64,000 nucleotides of DNA from Bacteroidota bacterium (GTDB lineage Bacteria > Bacteroidota > Bacteroidia > 2-12-FULL-35-15). The translations under genes were made by a program, and so were the position numbers. The notes beneath the pieces were generated by a model. That model was not told where the DNA came from. It saw nothing but the letters and a program-made list of their open reading frames with translations, and did not search any database. The stretch is taken from NCBI GenBank assembly GCA_003151815.1, contig PLYN01000041.1:9919-73918 (forward strand). The letters are read 5' to 3'. Below are positions 18,444-28,336 of this stretch, piece by piece. Numbering within the stretch: the stretch's first letter is position 1; every line of letters starts with the position of its first letter.

Positions 18444-19895
18444 CTATTTAAAACTTGTTTTAAATAATTGTGGTTTCAATGTTACAGAAATGTATGCCCA
18501 GGTGGGTATTGTAAGGTTTTCTCCAGCTTTTTTAATAATCGCCATGGATGCTGAAGGCACTGCATACGAAACACCCAGGTCAATTTTTATGTAGGGTTTA
18601 GGTGTGTAAATAACACCTAAGTCGTTTTCATATCCCAGGTAATTATTGATTGTTTCCGGTATTGTCTTCTTTCCAAACTTAACATTATTAATGAAATTGT
18701 TTTCACTATAAAACAAATGAAAGTCAGATCTGAATTGCACTTTTTTGCCTGCGTTTTTCGTGAAAAAAAGATATGGATTAATTAGTCCGGCATTATTCAG
18801 ATCGCCCGGTTTGTTTATGAAAAATTCCATATTGCCATTAAAGCGGTGGTTAACACCATACAACGGTATAAAGTTATGATCGGTCGTGCTAGTAATTTGT
18901 CCATTATTTCCACTAAATATTTCCGCCCCAAAACGAATGGTTAAATTGTCAGGATTCGTGTATTTAATTTCCGGTTGTATATACCAGGCAGCTAACAGAT
19001 TTCCTGAAGCATCTTTTCCGGATTGGTAATATCCGCTAAACGTCGCATAAATTTTACCTTTTTCAAACTCCAATCTCCCCCCATCTGTAAAACGTTGATA
19101 CGTTCCTTCTCTCGACTTTGGTTCTTGATATCCATCTGCAGAATTAATAGTAGTTAAAGTAAACGCATCCGTAATTTTATATTTCATATAATGCACTGCT
19201 AATGTTTTGTAAGTATTGAAACCTGGATTATAAGTGGTTCCCGATAAGGGTTCACCATTGGGTTGATTTGTAAGTCCGTTGTTACTTGATGTTTGGTTAA
19301 AAGCACCAATCAATTCTGAAGAAAGTTTGTCAGAATTAAATCGGAAATTAACTGCGTCATGAGCTTGTGCGTTCACTCTCCAGTCATTTTCTGAAAATAA
19401 TCGTCCATTATCAAGGACTATTTTTTGTCTTCCAATTTTAACTGAAAATTTTGGATGGATAAAAACTTCCGCATAGGCTTCAAAAAGCTGCAAAGTAGCA
19501 TTGTTTGATTTAGGATCATTTTGCCCCCATACCCTCACATCCTGGATGGAAGTATGAAGGATAAATTTATTTTTTTGTTCGTAGGTTAATAATATCCTGC
19601 TGCGCTGATTGGTAAAAAAAGCCGGGACGGCTGTATCACCGGCAGGCTTTAAAGTTCTGAACCCATTTCTAAATTCAGTTCTTGTTCTTAACTCCGCGCC
19701 AATTGTAAATGTTTTATCTTTTGGGGTTTCCTGTTCTTTTAATGCAGTTTCTGCCCTTAAGGAATCCGCATCTGTCTCAGTAATTGTTTTTTTTTGAACA
19801 AGCAGGTTTAAAATATCATCTGAAGATTGAGCTGAAGAAGATACAATATGATAAGAGAGTGCTATAATTGTTAGAATGTATTTTTTTGTTTTCAT
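18444..19895 (-). CDS. Outer-membrane porin, putatively phosphate-selective (by context)
   Basis: 483 aa with a signal peptide (SSSAQS). Alternating beta-strand pattern ending in ...F. First gene of the pst cluster, 37 nt upstream of pstS. The family assignment is inferred from context. Confidence 0.6.
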   Translation of the reverse strand: MKTKKYILTIIALSYHIVSSSAQSSDDILNLLVQKKTITETDADSLRAETALKEQETPKDKTFTIGAELRTRTEFRNGFRTLKPAGDTAVPAFFTNQRSRILLTYEQKNKFILHTSIQDVRVWGQNDPKSNNATLQLFEAYAEVFIHPKFSVKIGRQKIVLDNGRLFSENDWRVNAQAHDAVNFRFNSDKLSSELIGAFNQTSSNNGLTNQPNGEPLSGTTYNPGFNTYKTLAVHYMKYKITDAFTLTTINSADGYQEPKSREGTYQRFTDGGRLEFEKGKIYATFSGYYQSGKDASGNLLAAWYIQPEIKYTNPDNLTIRFGAEIFSGNNGQITSTTDHNFIPLYGVNHRFNGNMEFFINKPGDLNNAGLINPYLFFTKNAGKKVQFRSDFHLFYSENNFINNVKFGKKTIPETINNYLGYENDLGVIYTPKPYIKIDLGVSYAVPSASMAIIKKAGENLTIPTWAYISVTLKPQLFKTSFK

Positions 19896-20345
19896 GGTTT
19901 TTAATTTATTAAGTTCTTGTTTTTTTACTTTGCTTTTTGATTTCGATAGGGGAAGGACTACTTAAATAAGCAATTTACTCCAAAGAGAGATTAATATGCC
20001 AAAAGGCAAATACAGCAGTAGGTACATGCTGTTAAGATAAAAAATGTTATGGAAGTATTGTTAGCCATTTTATAAATTCGGTACAAATATATACATATTC
20101 TATCGATTTAGTAGAAAATAAAAATATTTTTTTCTATTTTTATTTTTAAATAGCAAATTATAGAAATTTGAAAATTATTTTTATTGTGAAAACAAAAAAT
20201 TATTTCTTACTGAAGGGATCTCGAAATATGATGTCGAACATCAAATTATAAGAAACTGAAATCGAATTATAGTTATATCGGAAAAATAATATCTGCGGTA
20301 GTTTAAAAAAATTGTTAAGAAAGATAATTATTCAAATTAATTTTA

Positions 20346-20353
20346 TACTTTTG
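20346..20353 (+). promoter_or_regulatory. Candidate -7 box TACTTTTG upstream of the efflux cluster
   Basis: TAnnTTTG match ending 6 nt before the ATG at 20359. Confidence 0.3.
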
Positions 20354-20358
20354 GCTTC

Positions 20359-20766
20359 ATGGGGTTCAAGAATATTCATATAATTTTGTTAATATGTTTT
20401 GCAATTATCCTCAAATTGTTGTTCTTCAGTTTTGCCTTGGTTTTAGTTCAGGATAATGCCAAAATGGATTCTCTTGTTGCTAATGATGCATTTAAGATTC
20501 GTAATAAAAGAAGGCGTATAACCTATTCCCTTTTATGTGCGAAGGAGAATATCAGTAATGAAGAATATATCTTTGCTGAGAAAAAGGAAACGGAAGATTA
20601 CAATAAATTATTCATAAGATTCAAATTACCAATACTATCTTTTTTAACAAATTATCTTTCTGTTAACGTAATGGAATTGAAAACAAATTTATCCGATTTT
20701 TCAGAAACTTGTTTCAATTCTCTTTCTTCAAAAAAACACCTCTCTATTTCAATTTTAAGAATTTGA
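20359..20766 (+). CDS. Hypothetical small membrane protein (weakly supported)
   Basis: 135 aa with one N-terminal TM helix and no recognisable motif. Very AT-rich. May be non-coding leader of the efflux operon. Confidence 0.3.
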   Translation: MGFKNIHIILLICFAIILKLLFFSFALVLVQDNAKMDSLVANDAFKIRNKRRRITYSLLCAKENISNEEYIFAEKKETEDYNKLFIRFKLPILSFLTNYLSVNVMELKTNLSDFSETCFNSLSSKKHLSISILRI

Positions 20767-20814
20767 TAATAAAATTATTTACAGCAGTAAATAATTTTTA
20801 ATCATTTAATAAAA

Positions 20815-22236
20815 TTGAAAAACATGTCATCAAAGTCATTTTTGTGGTTTTTAGTATTGTATTTTATACATACTACAGAAGTCTTTTCCCAAAAAGACGA
20901 AATGCTTAGTTTAGTTAAAGCTATCGAAATGGCGAAAGAAAACTATCCTTCCATCAAAGCAAAGGCTGCCGGAAAAGATGCGTCAAACACAGAATTATCA
21001 ATAGCCCGATCAAACTATCTTCCAAATTTCATTGTTCAGGCACAGGCACTAAACTCTACATCTAATCAAGTAAGAGGAACTTATTTTGCAAATGGAGGAA
21101 TAGCTATTCCTATTTCCGGTGGTACCAAAACCGATGGAACTAACTCGAATGATATGACATGGTCGAGTTTTGCTACGGCTTTTGTAAACTGGGATATATT
21201 TACTTTCGGAAAAGTAAAATCAAAAGTTGATTTGGCGAAGGCGGAAATTTCAACATCGCAATCTGATTATGAAAACGAAGTTTTTCAACAGCAAGTAAAA
21301 GTATGTGATGTGTATGTAATGGCAATTCTGTTAGATGGAATAGTAAAAGCACAACAATCAAATTTAAACAGAGTTGGTGCTTTAAAAAAAGTAACCGTAG
21401 CTTTCACCGAATCAGGCTTGAAATCAGGTGTTGACAGTTCGTTGGTGAACGCTGAATATTCCAAAGCATATTTGTTATTGTTGGAAAGTAAAAGAATAGC
21501 GCAAGAGCAAAAACTTATTCTTAAACAAATGTTAGGCATTTCAGGTGAAATTAATTTTATTTTAGATACTTCATTTTTCGTATCAAAAACTCCACAAAAT
21601 ATTTCTTTAGATAATAAAATTTCACAAAGCCCGATTCTAAATTATTATCAAACACTTGTTGATTTCAACCGTTCAAAAATTACTGCTGTTAAACGAAGTG
21701 GCTTACCATCCATTTCATTACTAGGAGCTACGTTTGGGCGTGGTTCCGGTATTGCTGATAAACTAACCAGTGATGGTGGTTTTACCTATAATAAATCTCT
21801 TTCCGGAGGACTTTCATTTCGCGCATATGATTATATGGTTGGTGTGTCAACTATTTGGAATATTACTAATTCTTATAGGAATCAAACTGAAGGACGTAAA
21901 CAATATTTTATTACTAAAGAAATGGAAGAAATTTATAATGAAAAAAAATTACAACTGGAAGGAGAATTGGAGCGATCTAATTTGCGTTATTCCGCTGCAC
22001 AAGAAATAGCCAAACAAACTCCTGTTCAATTAAAAGCTGCTTCCGATGCGTATAATCAATCCAAAGCACGCTATGATAATGGGTTAAATACTATCATCGA
22101 ACTTACCCAAACGTATGCAATACTTAATCGTTCTGAGGTTGATTTAACTGTGGCGAATGGCAATACATGGCGCGCTCTGCTTTCAATAGCTGCCGCTTCA
22201 GGGAATTTAGATTTATTCATTCAAAATATTAAATAG
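20815..22236 (+). CDS. TolC-family outer-membrane efflux protein
   Basis: 473 aa with a signal peptide (the ATG at 20824 is the likelier start). Two-repeat coiled-coil/beta-barrel organisation. Lies 2 nt upstream of the RND pump. Confidence 0.8.
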   Translation: MKNMSSKSFLWFLVLYFIHTTEVFSQKDEMLSLVKAIEMAKENYPSIKAKAAGKDASNTELSIARSNYLPNFIVQAQALNSTSNQVRGTYFANGGIAIPISGGTKTDGTNSNDMTWSSFATAFVNWDIFTFGKVKSKVDLAKAEISTSQSDYENEVFQQQVKVCDVYVMAILLDGIVKAQQSNLNRVGALKKVTVAFTESGLKSGVDSSLVNAEYSKAYLLLLESKRIAQEQKLILKQMLGISGEINFILDTSFFVSKTPQNISLDNKISQSPILNYYQTLVDFNRSKITAVKRSGLPSISLLGATFGRGSGIADKLTSDGGFTYNKSLSGGLSFRAYDYMVGVSTIWNITNSYRNQTEGRKQYFITKEMEEIYNEKKLQLEGELERSNLRYSAAQEIAKQTPVQLKAASDAYNQSKARYDNGLNTIIELTQTYAILNRSEVDLTVANGNTWRALLSIAAASGNLDLFIQNIK

Positions 22237-22238
22237 TC

Positions 22239-25200
22239 ATGATAAAATTCGCATTAAGAAACCCTATTACTATAATAGTTGGAATACTTGGAGTAGTTGT
22301 ATTTTCCATACTTGCTTTGCTTAATATTCCAATAGATATTTTTCCGAAATTAAATCTACCTACTATATATATCGCTCAACCGTACGGTGGCATGGCTCCT
22401 GATCAAATGGAAGGATTTATTGCTACTCGTTACCAAAACCAACTTCTGTATGTAACAGGTATTAAAGATATAGAGGTTAAAAACATTCAAGGTCTTTGTT
22501 TAGTTAAGTGTACATTTTATGAGAGTGTAAATATGGCACAGGTATCAGGCGAGGTTGCTAATCAAGTAAATCGCGTTATGAGTTATATGCCTCCCGGAAC
22601 TGTACCGCCAACGGTAGTTAGATTTGACGCTTCCAGCTTACCTGTGGGGCAGTTGGTATTTAGTAGTCAAAAGGCATCACTCAATGAAATGCAGGATATG
22701 GCTTCAACCCGTATAAGGCCTTTGTTTTCACAAATTCCAGGTGCTTCAGCACCTCCGCCATTTGGGGGAAATGAACGTACTATAATCGTAAAGGTGAACC
22801 CCGATCTAATGGCAAGTTATGAATTAACTCCTGATGATATTGTAAAATCAGTGGTTGAAAATAATCAAATATCACCAGCGGGAAATGTTCGTATTGGTGA
22901 CTATAATGTAATGACACCCAATAATACCGTGATAAAAAATCCGGAAGACTTTTTGGATATACCATTAAAAAAAGGTTCGGGTCCTTCAGTTTATTTACGT
23001 GATGTTGCAACAGTAGAAGATGGAGCAGATGTTACGGTTGGTTATGCCTTGGTAAATGGTAAACGTTCAGTATATATTCCGGTTACAAAAACTGCGGATG
23101 CCTCAACTATGGATGTAGTTAATGCTTTAAAGGCAAAGATACCCGAAATGCAATCTTTATTACCTGATTATATAGAGCTCAAATACGAGTTTGATCAGTC
23201 TGTTTATGTAATTGAAGCCGTCAAAAGCCTTGCATCGGAAGGGATATTAGGAGCTTTGCTTACTGGTTTAATGGTTTTTTTGTTCCTGCAGGATTTACGT
23301 AGCTCTTTGGTTGTTATTTGCACAATTCCTATTTCAATTTTAGCTGCTATTTTATTATTAAATCTTTTCGGGCAAACCATTAACATAATGACTTTATCCG
23401 GTCTCGCACTTGCTATAGGTATTTTAGTGGATCAGTCAACAGTTGCAATTGAAAATATCCATCAGCATTTAGAAATGGGAAAAACAAAGTCCAGAGCAAT
23501 ATATGATGCGTCAAAGGAGGTTTCATTCCCGTTATTGCTAATTACTTTTTGTATCCTAGCCGTATTTGCTCCAGCCTTTTTAATGACTGGTGTGCCGAAA
23601 GGAATGTTCATGCCTTTATCTCTATCGGTAGGTTTTTCAATTATAGTTTCTTTTATATTGTCACAAACATTTGTTCCCGTTGTTTCAAACTGGTGGTTAA
23701 AACATCATGAACATCCTGCAAAGCATGAAACAGAAATTGCAAAAGATTTAACAAGTCAAAAAGAAACATTGGTTGAAAATTATGGACTCGTTCATCCTGA
23801 AAAGGTTTCGGGTTTCGAAAGGTTTAAACTTCGTTATCTTAAGTTGTTAGATAAACTCATGGCAAAAAGAGCTCGTTCAATTACCATTTATCTGATAGCT
23901 GCATTTGGAACTATAATTGTTTGCTTTTTACTTATCGGTAAAGATATTTTACCCAAAGTAGAGCACTCAAGACAATTTCAGTTAAGATTGATTGGTCCCG
24001 AAGGTTTAAGAATTGAAAGAACAGAAGATGCTGTTAAAAAAACCATAAGTATTATTAAAAAAATTGTTGGTGAAGAAAATGTTGATATAACTTCCGCATT
24101 TGTGGGGATGACACCATCCAGTTATGGTACCAATGCACTTTATATTTTTAATAGTGGACCACAGGAAGCTATTTTACAGGTGAATTTGGATGAAGGATAT
24201 GAAGTTAAATCATTAGATGAATTAAAAGATAAAATTCGTAATGAGGTAAAAATAAAATTATCCAACATGAAAATTTCGTTTGAGCCTATTGAATTAACTG
24301 ATAAAATAATGAGTCAGGGTGCAAATACACCAATTGAAGTAATTGTTGCTTCAAAAAATTTGCAGGAAGCAAATGTCTATGCTAAAAAATTAGAAGCAGA
24401 ACTCCACAATATTTCTTTTTTGCGTGATATCAGGATCAATCAACCACTTAATTATCCTTCTCTTTCCATTGAGATCAACCGCGAAAAAGCTGCTCAGTTC
24501 GGACTTAACGTCAATGAAATATCTAAATCATTGGTAGCAGCCACATCATCAAGTCGTTTCACTGCAAAAAACTTGTGGTTGGATACTAAAAAAGGATTTG
24601 CTTATCAAGTACAGGTTCAGTTACCCGAATACCAAATGAAATCGGTTCAGGATATTGAAAATATCCCTTTGGTTAAAGGACAATTGAGACCAACAATAGG
24701 CGATGTTGCTACAATTACTAAAAAATATATACCTGCTGAATATGATCGTATTGGACCACGTAGGATTGTAACAGTTTCAGCTAATATTTTTAAGAAAGAT
24801 TTAGGCAGTGCAACCACACTTGTAAATAAGGCTATCAAATCTATTGGGGAGCCTCCAAAAGGTGCAAAGGTTGAAGTAAAAGGTTTGGCGAAATTGCTTG
24901 AAGAAACATTGAACAGTTTGCAGTCGGGTTTGCTTTTAGCAATTGTTGTAATACTACTCTTACTTGCTGCTAATTACCAATCGTTTAAAGTGGCATTTGT
25001 AGTATTAGTAACTATTCCTGCTGTTCTTGCCGGCTCTATGCTATTATTGCTTATCACCGGCGGAACACTTAATCTGCAATCTTATATGGGTATTATTATG
25101 TCGGTAGGGGTATCCGTTGCCAATGCCGTTTTATTGGTTACAAATGCAGAAATCTTAAGAATTGACTATAAAGATGCCACTAAGGCGGCACGTGTTTCTG

Positions 25201-25487
25201 GAGCTGTGCGTTTACGTCCAATATTAATGACTTCAATTGCAATGGTGGCAGGAATGATCCCGATGGCAAGTGGCTTAAGCGAAGGAGGTGAACAAACTGC
25301 ACCTTTAGGACGAGCAGTTATAGGCGGGTTAATTGCTTCTACATTTGCAGCACTTCTTATTTTACCTGTTGTATTTGCAAGCGTTCAGGGTAAAAGTTCT
25401 GTAAAATCGGTTTCATTAGATCCGGAAGATGATAACAGTGAATTTTATGATAGTGGAGAACCCCAAAATTTAGGTTTAAAAATATAA
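22239..25487 (+). CDS. RND efflux transporter permease (AcrB/CzcA superfamily)
   Basis: 1082 aa. N-terminus MIKFALRNPITIIVGILGVVVFSILAL..IPIDIFP, 12-TM/two-large-loop architecture, and conserved GLALAIGILVD. Confidence 0.92.
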   Translation: MIKFALRNPITIIVGILGVVVFSILALLNIPIDIFPKLNLPTIYIAQPYGGMAPDQMEGFIATRYQNQLLYVTGIKDIEVKNIQGLCLVKCTFYESVNMAQVSGEVANQVNRVMSYMPPGTVPPTVVRFDASSLPVGQLVFSSQKASLNEMQDMASTRIRPLFSQIPGASAPPPFGGNERTIIVKVNPDLMASYELTPDDIVKSVVENNQISPAGNVRIGDYNVMTPNNTVIKNPEDFLDIPLKKGSGPSVYLRDVATVEDGADVTVGYALVNGKRSVYIPVTKTADASTMDVVNALKAKIPEMQSLLPDYIELKYEFDQSVYVIEAVKSLASEGILGALLTGLMVFLFLQDLRSSLVVICTIPISILAAILLLNLFGQTINIMTLSGLALAIGILVDQSTVAIENIHQHLEMGKTKSRAIYDASKEVSFPLLLITFCILAVFAPAFLMTGVPKGMFMPLSLSVGFSIIVSFILSQTFVPVVSNWWLKHHEHPAKHETEIAKDLTSQKETLVENYGLVHPEKVSGFERFKLRYLKLLDKLMAKRARSITIYLIAAFGTIIVCFLLIGKDILPKVEHSRQFQLRLIGPEGLRIERTEDAVKKTISIIKKIVGEENVDITSAFVGMTPSSYGTNALYIFNSGPQEAILQVNLDEGYEVKSLDELKDKIRNEVKIKLSNMKISFEPIELTDKIMSQGANTPIEVIVASKNLQEANVYAKKLEAELHNISFLRDIRINQPLNYPSLSIEINREKAAQFGLNVNEISKSLVAATSSSRFTAKNLWLDTKKGFAYQVQVQLPEYQMKSVQDIENIPLVKGQLRPTIGDVATITKKYIPAEYDRIGPRRIVTVSANIFKKDLGSATTLVNKAIKSIGEPPKGAKVEVKGLAKLLEETLNSLQSGLLLAIVVILLLLAANYQSFKVAFVVLVTIPAVLAGSMLLLLITGGTLNLQSYMGIIMSVGVSVANAVLLVTNAEILRIDYKDATKAARVSGAVRLRPILMTSIAMVAGMIPMASGLSEGGEQTAPLGRAVIGGLIASTFAALLILPVVFASVQGKSSVKSVSLDPEDDNSEFYDSGEPQNLGLKI

Positions 25488-25511
25488 GAATCATATTAAA
25501 TAAAAAAACAA

Positions 25512-26603
25512 ATGATAACATCCATAAAAATAATGCTGCCTGTTGTGGCAATTGTAATACTCAATTCGTGCAGTAACGAAACGAGTAAAAAAGAAAAAAA
25601 AGAAGAGTTGGTATATGCAACCATAAAAGCAGAAGAAGGGCAACCTTCTACAAAGATTTCATTGCCGGGTGAACTCATGGGTTATTACGAAACAGATATT
25701 TACCCGAAAGTAAACAGTTACGTTAAAACACTTCTTGTAGATATTGGCGATAAAGTTACTAAAGGACAGCTTTTGGCTGAATTGGAAGCTCCTGAGTTGA
25801 GTAGCAAATTAAATGAAGGATATTCCAAATCTAAAGCGGCAGAATCAATTTTTCTTAATACAAAAGCAAAATATAACCGTTTATTACAAACCAGCAAAAC
25901 CGCGGGAGCTGTTTCTCCTTACGATCTGGATCTGACAAAAACAAATGTTATATCCGATAGTCTTGGTTTTATAGCTGCTGAAGCTAATTATCGATCTTTA
26001 GGGGAATTGGTTAGCTACTTAAAAATTACAGCTCCTTTTGACGGAATAATTACAGAACGAAATATCTCTCCGGGTGCATTTGTCGGACCATCCGAAAAAA
26101 ATGCTCAAGCCATGCTTGTTATAAAAAATGAATCCAAGTTAAGATTGAGAGTTTCTGTTCCCGAAAAGCATATTGCGGAAATAAAAAATGCTCAGGAAGT
26201 TACTTTTACTGTGAGTGGGTATCCGGATAAGAAGTTCAAAGGTAAGGTAACCAGAGGATCTTCAAATATCAATACTCAGTTAAGGTCGGAGGCAATTGAA
26301 ATGGAAATTGAAAATAGTCAAGGTATTTTATTACCTGGAATGTTTGCTAAAGTTGAATTACCTCTGACAAGAAATGAAAAAACAATAATTGTTCCTGAAT
26401 CTTCTGTAGCAATAAATATGGAGCGTTGTTTTGTTATAAAAGTGATTGGTAAAAAAGCTAAATTGATTGATGTTCAAAAAGGAAATTCATTTGATAGAAA
26501 AGTGGAAATATTTGGAGATGTAAATGCGGGTGATATTATTCTAAAAGAGGCCAATGATGAAATAAAAGAAGGCGAAATACTAAAAATAAATTTAAAACCA
26601 TGA
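25512..26603 (+). CDS. RND efflux periplasmic adaptor (MFP/HlyD family) lipoprotein
   Basis: 363 aa. Lipobox LNSC and lipoyl-like hairpin motif GDKVTKGQLLAELEAPEL...ITAPFDGIITE. Confidence 0.88.
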   Translation: MITSIKIMLPVVAIVILNSCSNETSKKEKKEELVYATIKAEEGQPSTKISLPGELMGYYETDIYPKVNSYVKTLLVDIGDKVTKGQLLAELEAPELSSKLNEGYSKSKAAESIFLNTKAKYNRLLQTSKTAGAVSPYDLDLTKTNVISDSLGFIAAEANYRSLGELVSYLKITAPFDGIITERNISPGAFVGPSEKNAQAMLVIKNESKLRLRVSVPEKHIAEIKNAQEVTFTVSGYPDKKFKGKVTRGSSNINTQLRSEAIEMEIENSQGILLPGMFAKVELPLTRNEKTIIVPESSVAINMERCFVIKVIGKKAKLIDVQKGNSFDRKVEIFGDVNAGDIILKEANDEIKEGEILKINLKP

Positions 26604-26888
26604 TAGAAAAAACTTTCCGCTAAACCATTTCAAAAGAAATGCTCACAGAACTGTTGTAAAACATTAACTTACGAAAAGGGTATCCTAATTCTAAATTTTG
26701 TATCCGTTTATTTGTTTATAGGACAAGTAAACAGAGCATTGGATATTATGATCATTAGCAACATTTAAAATCAGATTCGAGAATGTGTGAATGATATAAT
26801 TATTTTATAGAATTGCGTAACACTTATCTTTTAAAGAATACTCAATTTTGTAGGGTAATAATTCAGTTACAAATAAAAATTAAAAATT

Positions 26889-27110
26889 ATGTTCTACGAT
26901 GGTTATCACTTTTGGGGAATGCACCTTATATGGTGGTTCGTTTGGTTAAGTTTGCTTTTTTGGATATTCGCAATACCTTATGATATACCCGGTCAGCGAA
27001 GAAGTGATTCTCCTTTTGATATTTTGCGTAAGCGATTCGCTTCGGGGCAAATGACGAACGAAGAATATCAGGAAAAGAAAAAAATCCTCGAAAAGGATTT
27101 AGCAAAATAG
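26889..27110 (+). CDS. Small membrane protein with C-terminal SHOCT domain
   Basis: 73 aa. One or two TM helices followed by DILRKRFASGQMTNEEYQEKKKILE, the SHOCT (short C-terminal) motif. Confidence 0.7.
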   Translation: MFYDGYHFWGMHLIWWFVWLSLLFWIFAIPYDIPGQRRSDSPFDILRKRFASGQMTNEEYQEKKKILEKDLAK

Positions 27111-27333
27111 AGCTAAATCACTTCAGAAGGTAAAGAATGAATGAGCCTGTTCCATTGGTATTGTGGAATAGGCGCTTCATTTTTTTTAAAATTGTAGTGA
27201 TGTATAGAATAGTTGTTCATTAATAAATGTCATGTCTTTAAGATAATTGAATAGATATATTTGACAAAAAAATAATCGCCAAAAAACTGAAAGATGAACA
27301 CAAAATTGGATAAAAACGGAAAAGATAAAAAAC

Positions 27334-28233
27334 ATGAATAAGAATGTAACAAAAAGCGAATTGCTCAAATGCACCGTAAAGCCTAACAAAAATATTAATC
27401 TCTCAAAGATTGATACAAACTCCGGTATAAAGAAACCTGATAAAAGGGACTTTAAAAATAAACTGTTAAACGATATAGAAGAAATATCGAAATTTCAGAA
27501 TAAATTATTTGCGGAGAACCGTCAATCCTTATTAATTATACTACAAGGGATGGATAGTGCGGGTAAAGACGGAACCATTAAGCATATCATGAGCGGAGTA
27601 AATCCTCAGGGAGTATTAGTACATAGTTTTAAACATCCCTCCGCATTAGAGTTAGAGCATGATTATTTATGGCGTCATGCTCAAAAATTACCTGAACATG
27701 GTCAAATAACTATTTTCAACCGTTCGCATTATGAAAACGTGCTTATTTCAAAAGTTCATCCTGAACTTGTTTTAGCCGAACGCTTACCCGGCATAGATAG
27801 TGTCGATAAAATTGACAAGGATTTTTGGAACCTTCGTTATAAGCAAATCAATTATTTTGAAAAAAACACAATCCAGAACGGCACACACATTTTAAAATTC
27901 TTTCTTCATTTATCTAAAAATGAACAACGCAATCGGTTTTTAGAAAGGGTTGAAAATAAAGAAAAGCACTGGAAATTTTCCTCTGCCGATATTACCGAGC
28001 GTGAATTTTGGTCAGATTATCAACATGCTTATGAACAGGCTTTAGAACATACCAGTACAAAAATTGCCCCTTGGTATATTATACCGGCTGATGACAAATT
28101 ACACGCTCATCTGCTTATAGGTAAACTGATTTTAGAAAAATTTAAAAAAATGCATCCTTCTTTTCCTCCGGTAGATAAAAAGGAAAGAGAGTTAATGAAA
28201 CTGGCGAAAGAAAAATTGAAAAAAGAAAGTTAA
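27334..28233 (+). CDS. ppk2: Polyphosphate kinase 2 family protein
   Basis: 299 aa. LLIILQGMDSAGKDGTIKHIMSGVNPQG (PPK2 Walker A), YLWRH, FNRSHYE. Confidence 0.9.
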   Translation: MNKNVTKSELLKCTVKPNKNINLSKIDTNSGIKKPDKRDFKNKLLNDIEEISKFQNKLFAENRQSLLIILQGMDSAGKDGTIKHIMSGVNPQGVLVHSFKHPSALELEHDYLWRHAQKLPEHGQITIFNRSHYENVLISKVHPELVLAERLPGIDSVDKIDKDFWNLRYKQINYFEKNTIQNGTHILKFFLHLSKNEQRNRFLERVENKEKHWKFSSADITEREFWSDYQHAYEQALEHTSTKIAPWYIIPADDKLHAHLLIGKLILEKFKKMHPSFPPVDKKERELMKLAKEKLKKES

Positions 28234-28336
28234 GAGTAATTACAAAGGTGCTTTTTTCGCTAAAATTTAGCCACTGAGTTTTAGCAAAAAATTCCAAACG
28301 CATCTATAAACTTAATTGATCCTTGAAAAATAAAAA

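Noticed and set aside
27186-27389. 67-aa minus-strand ORF between the SHOCT and ppk2 genes
   Set aside because: It overlaps the ppk2 start, and the translation is hydrophobic and low-complexity with no support.
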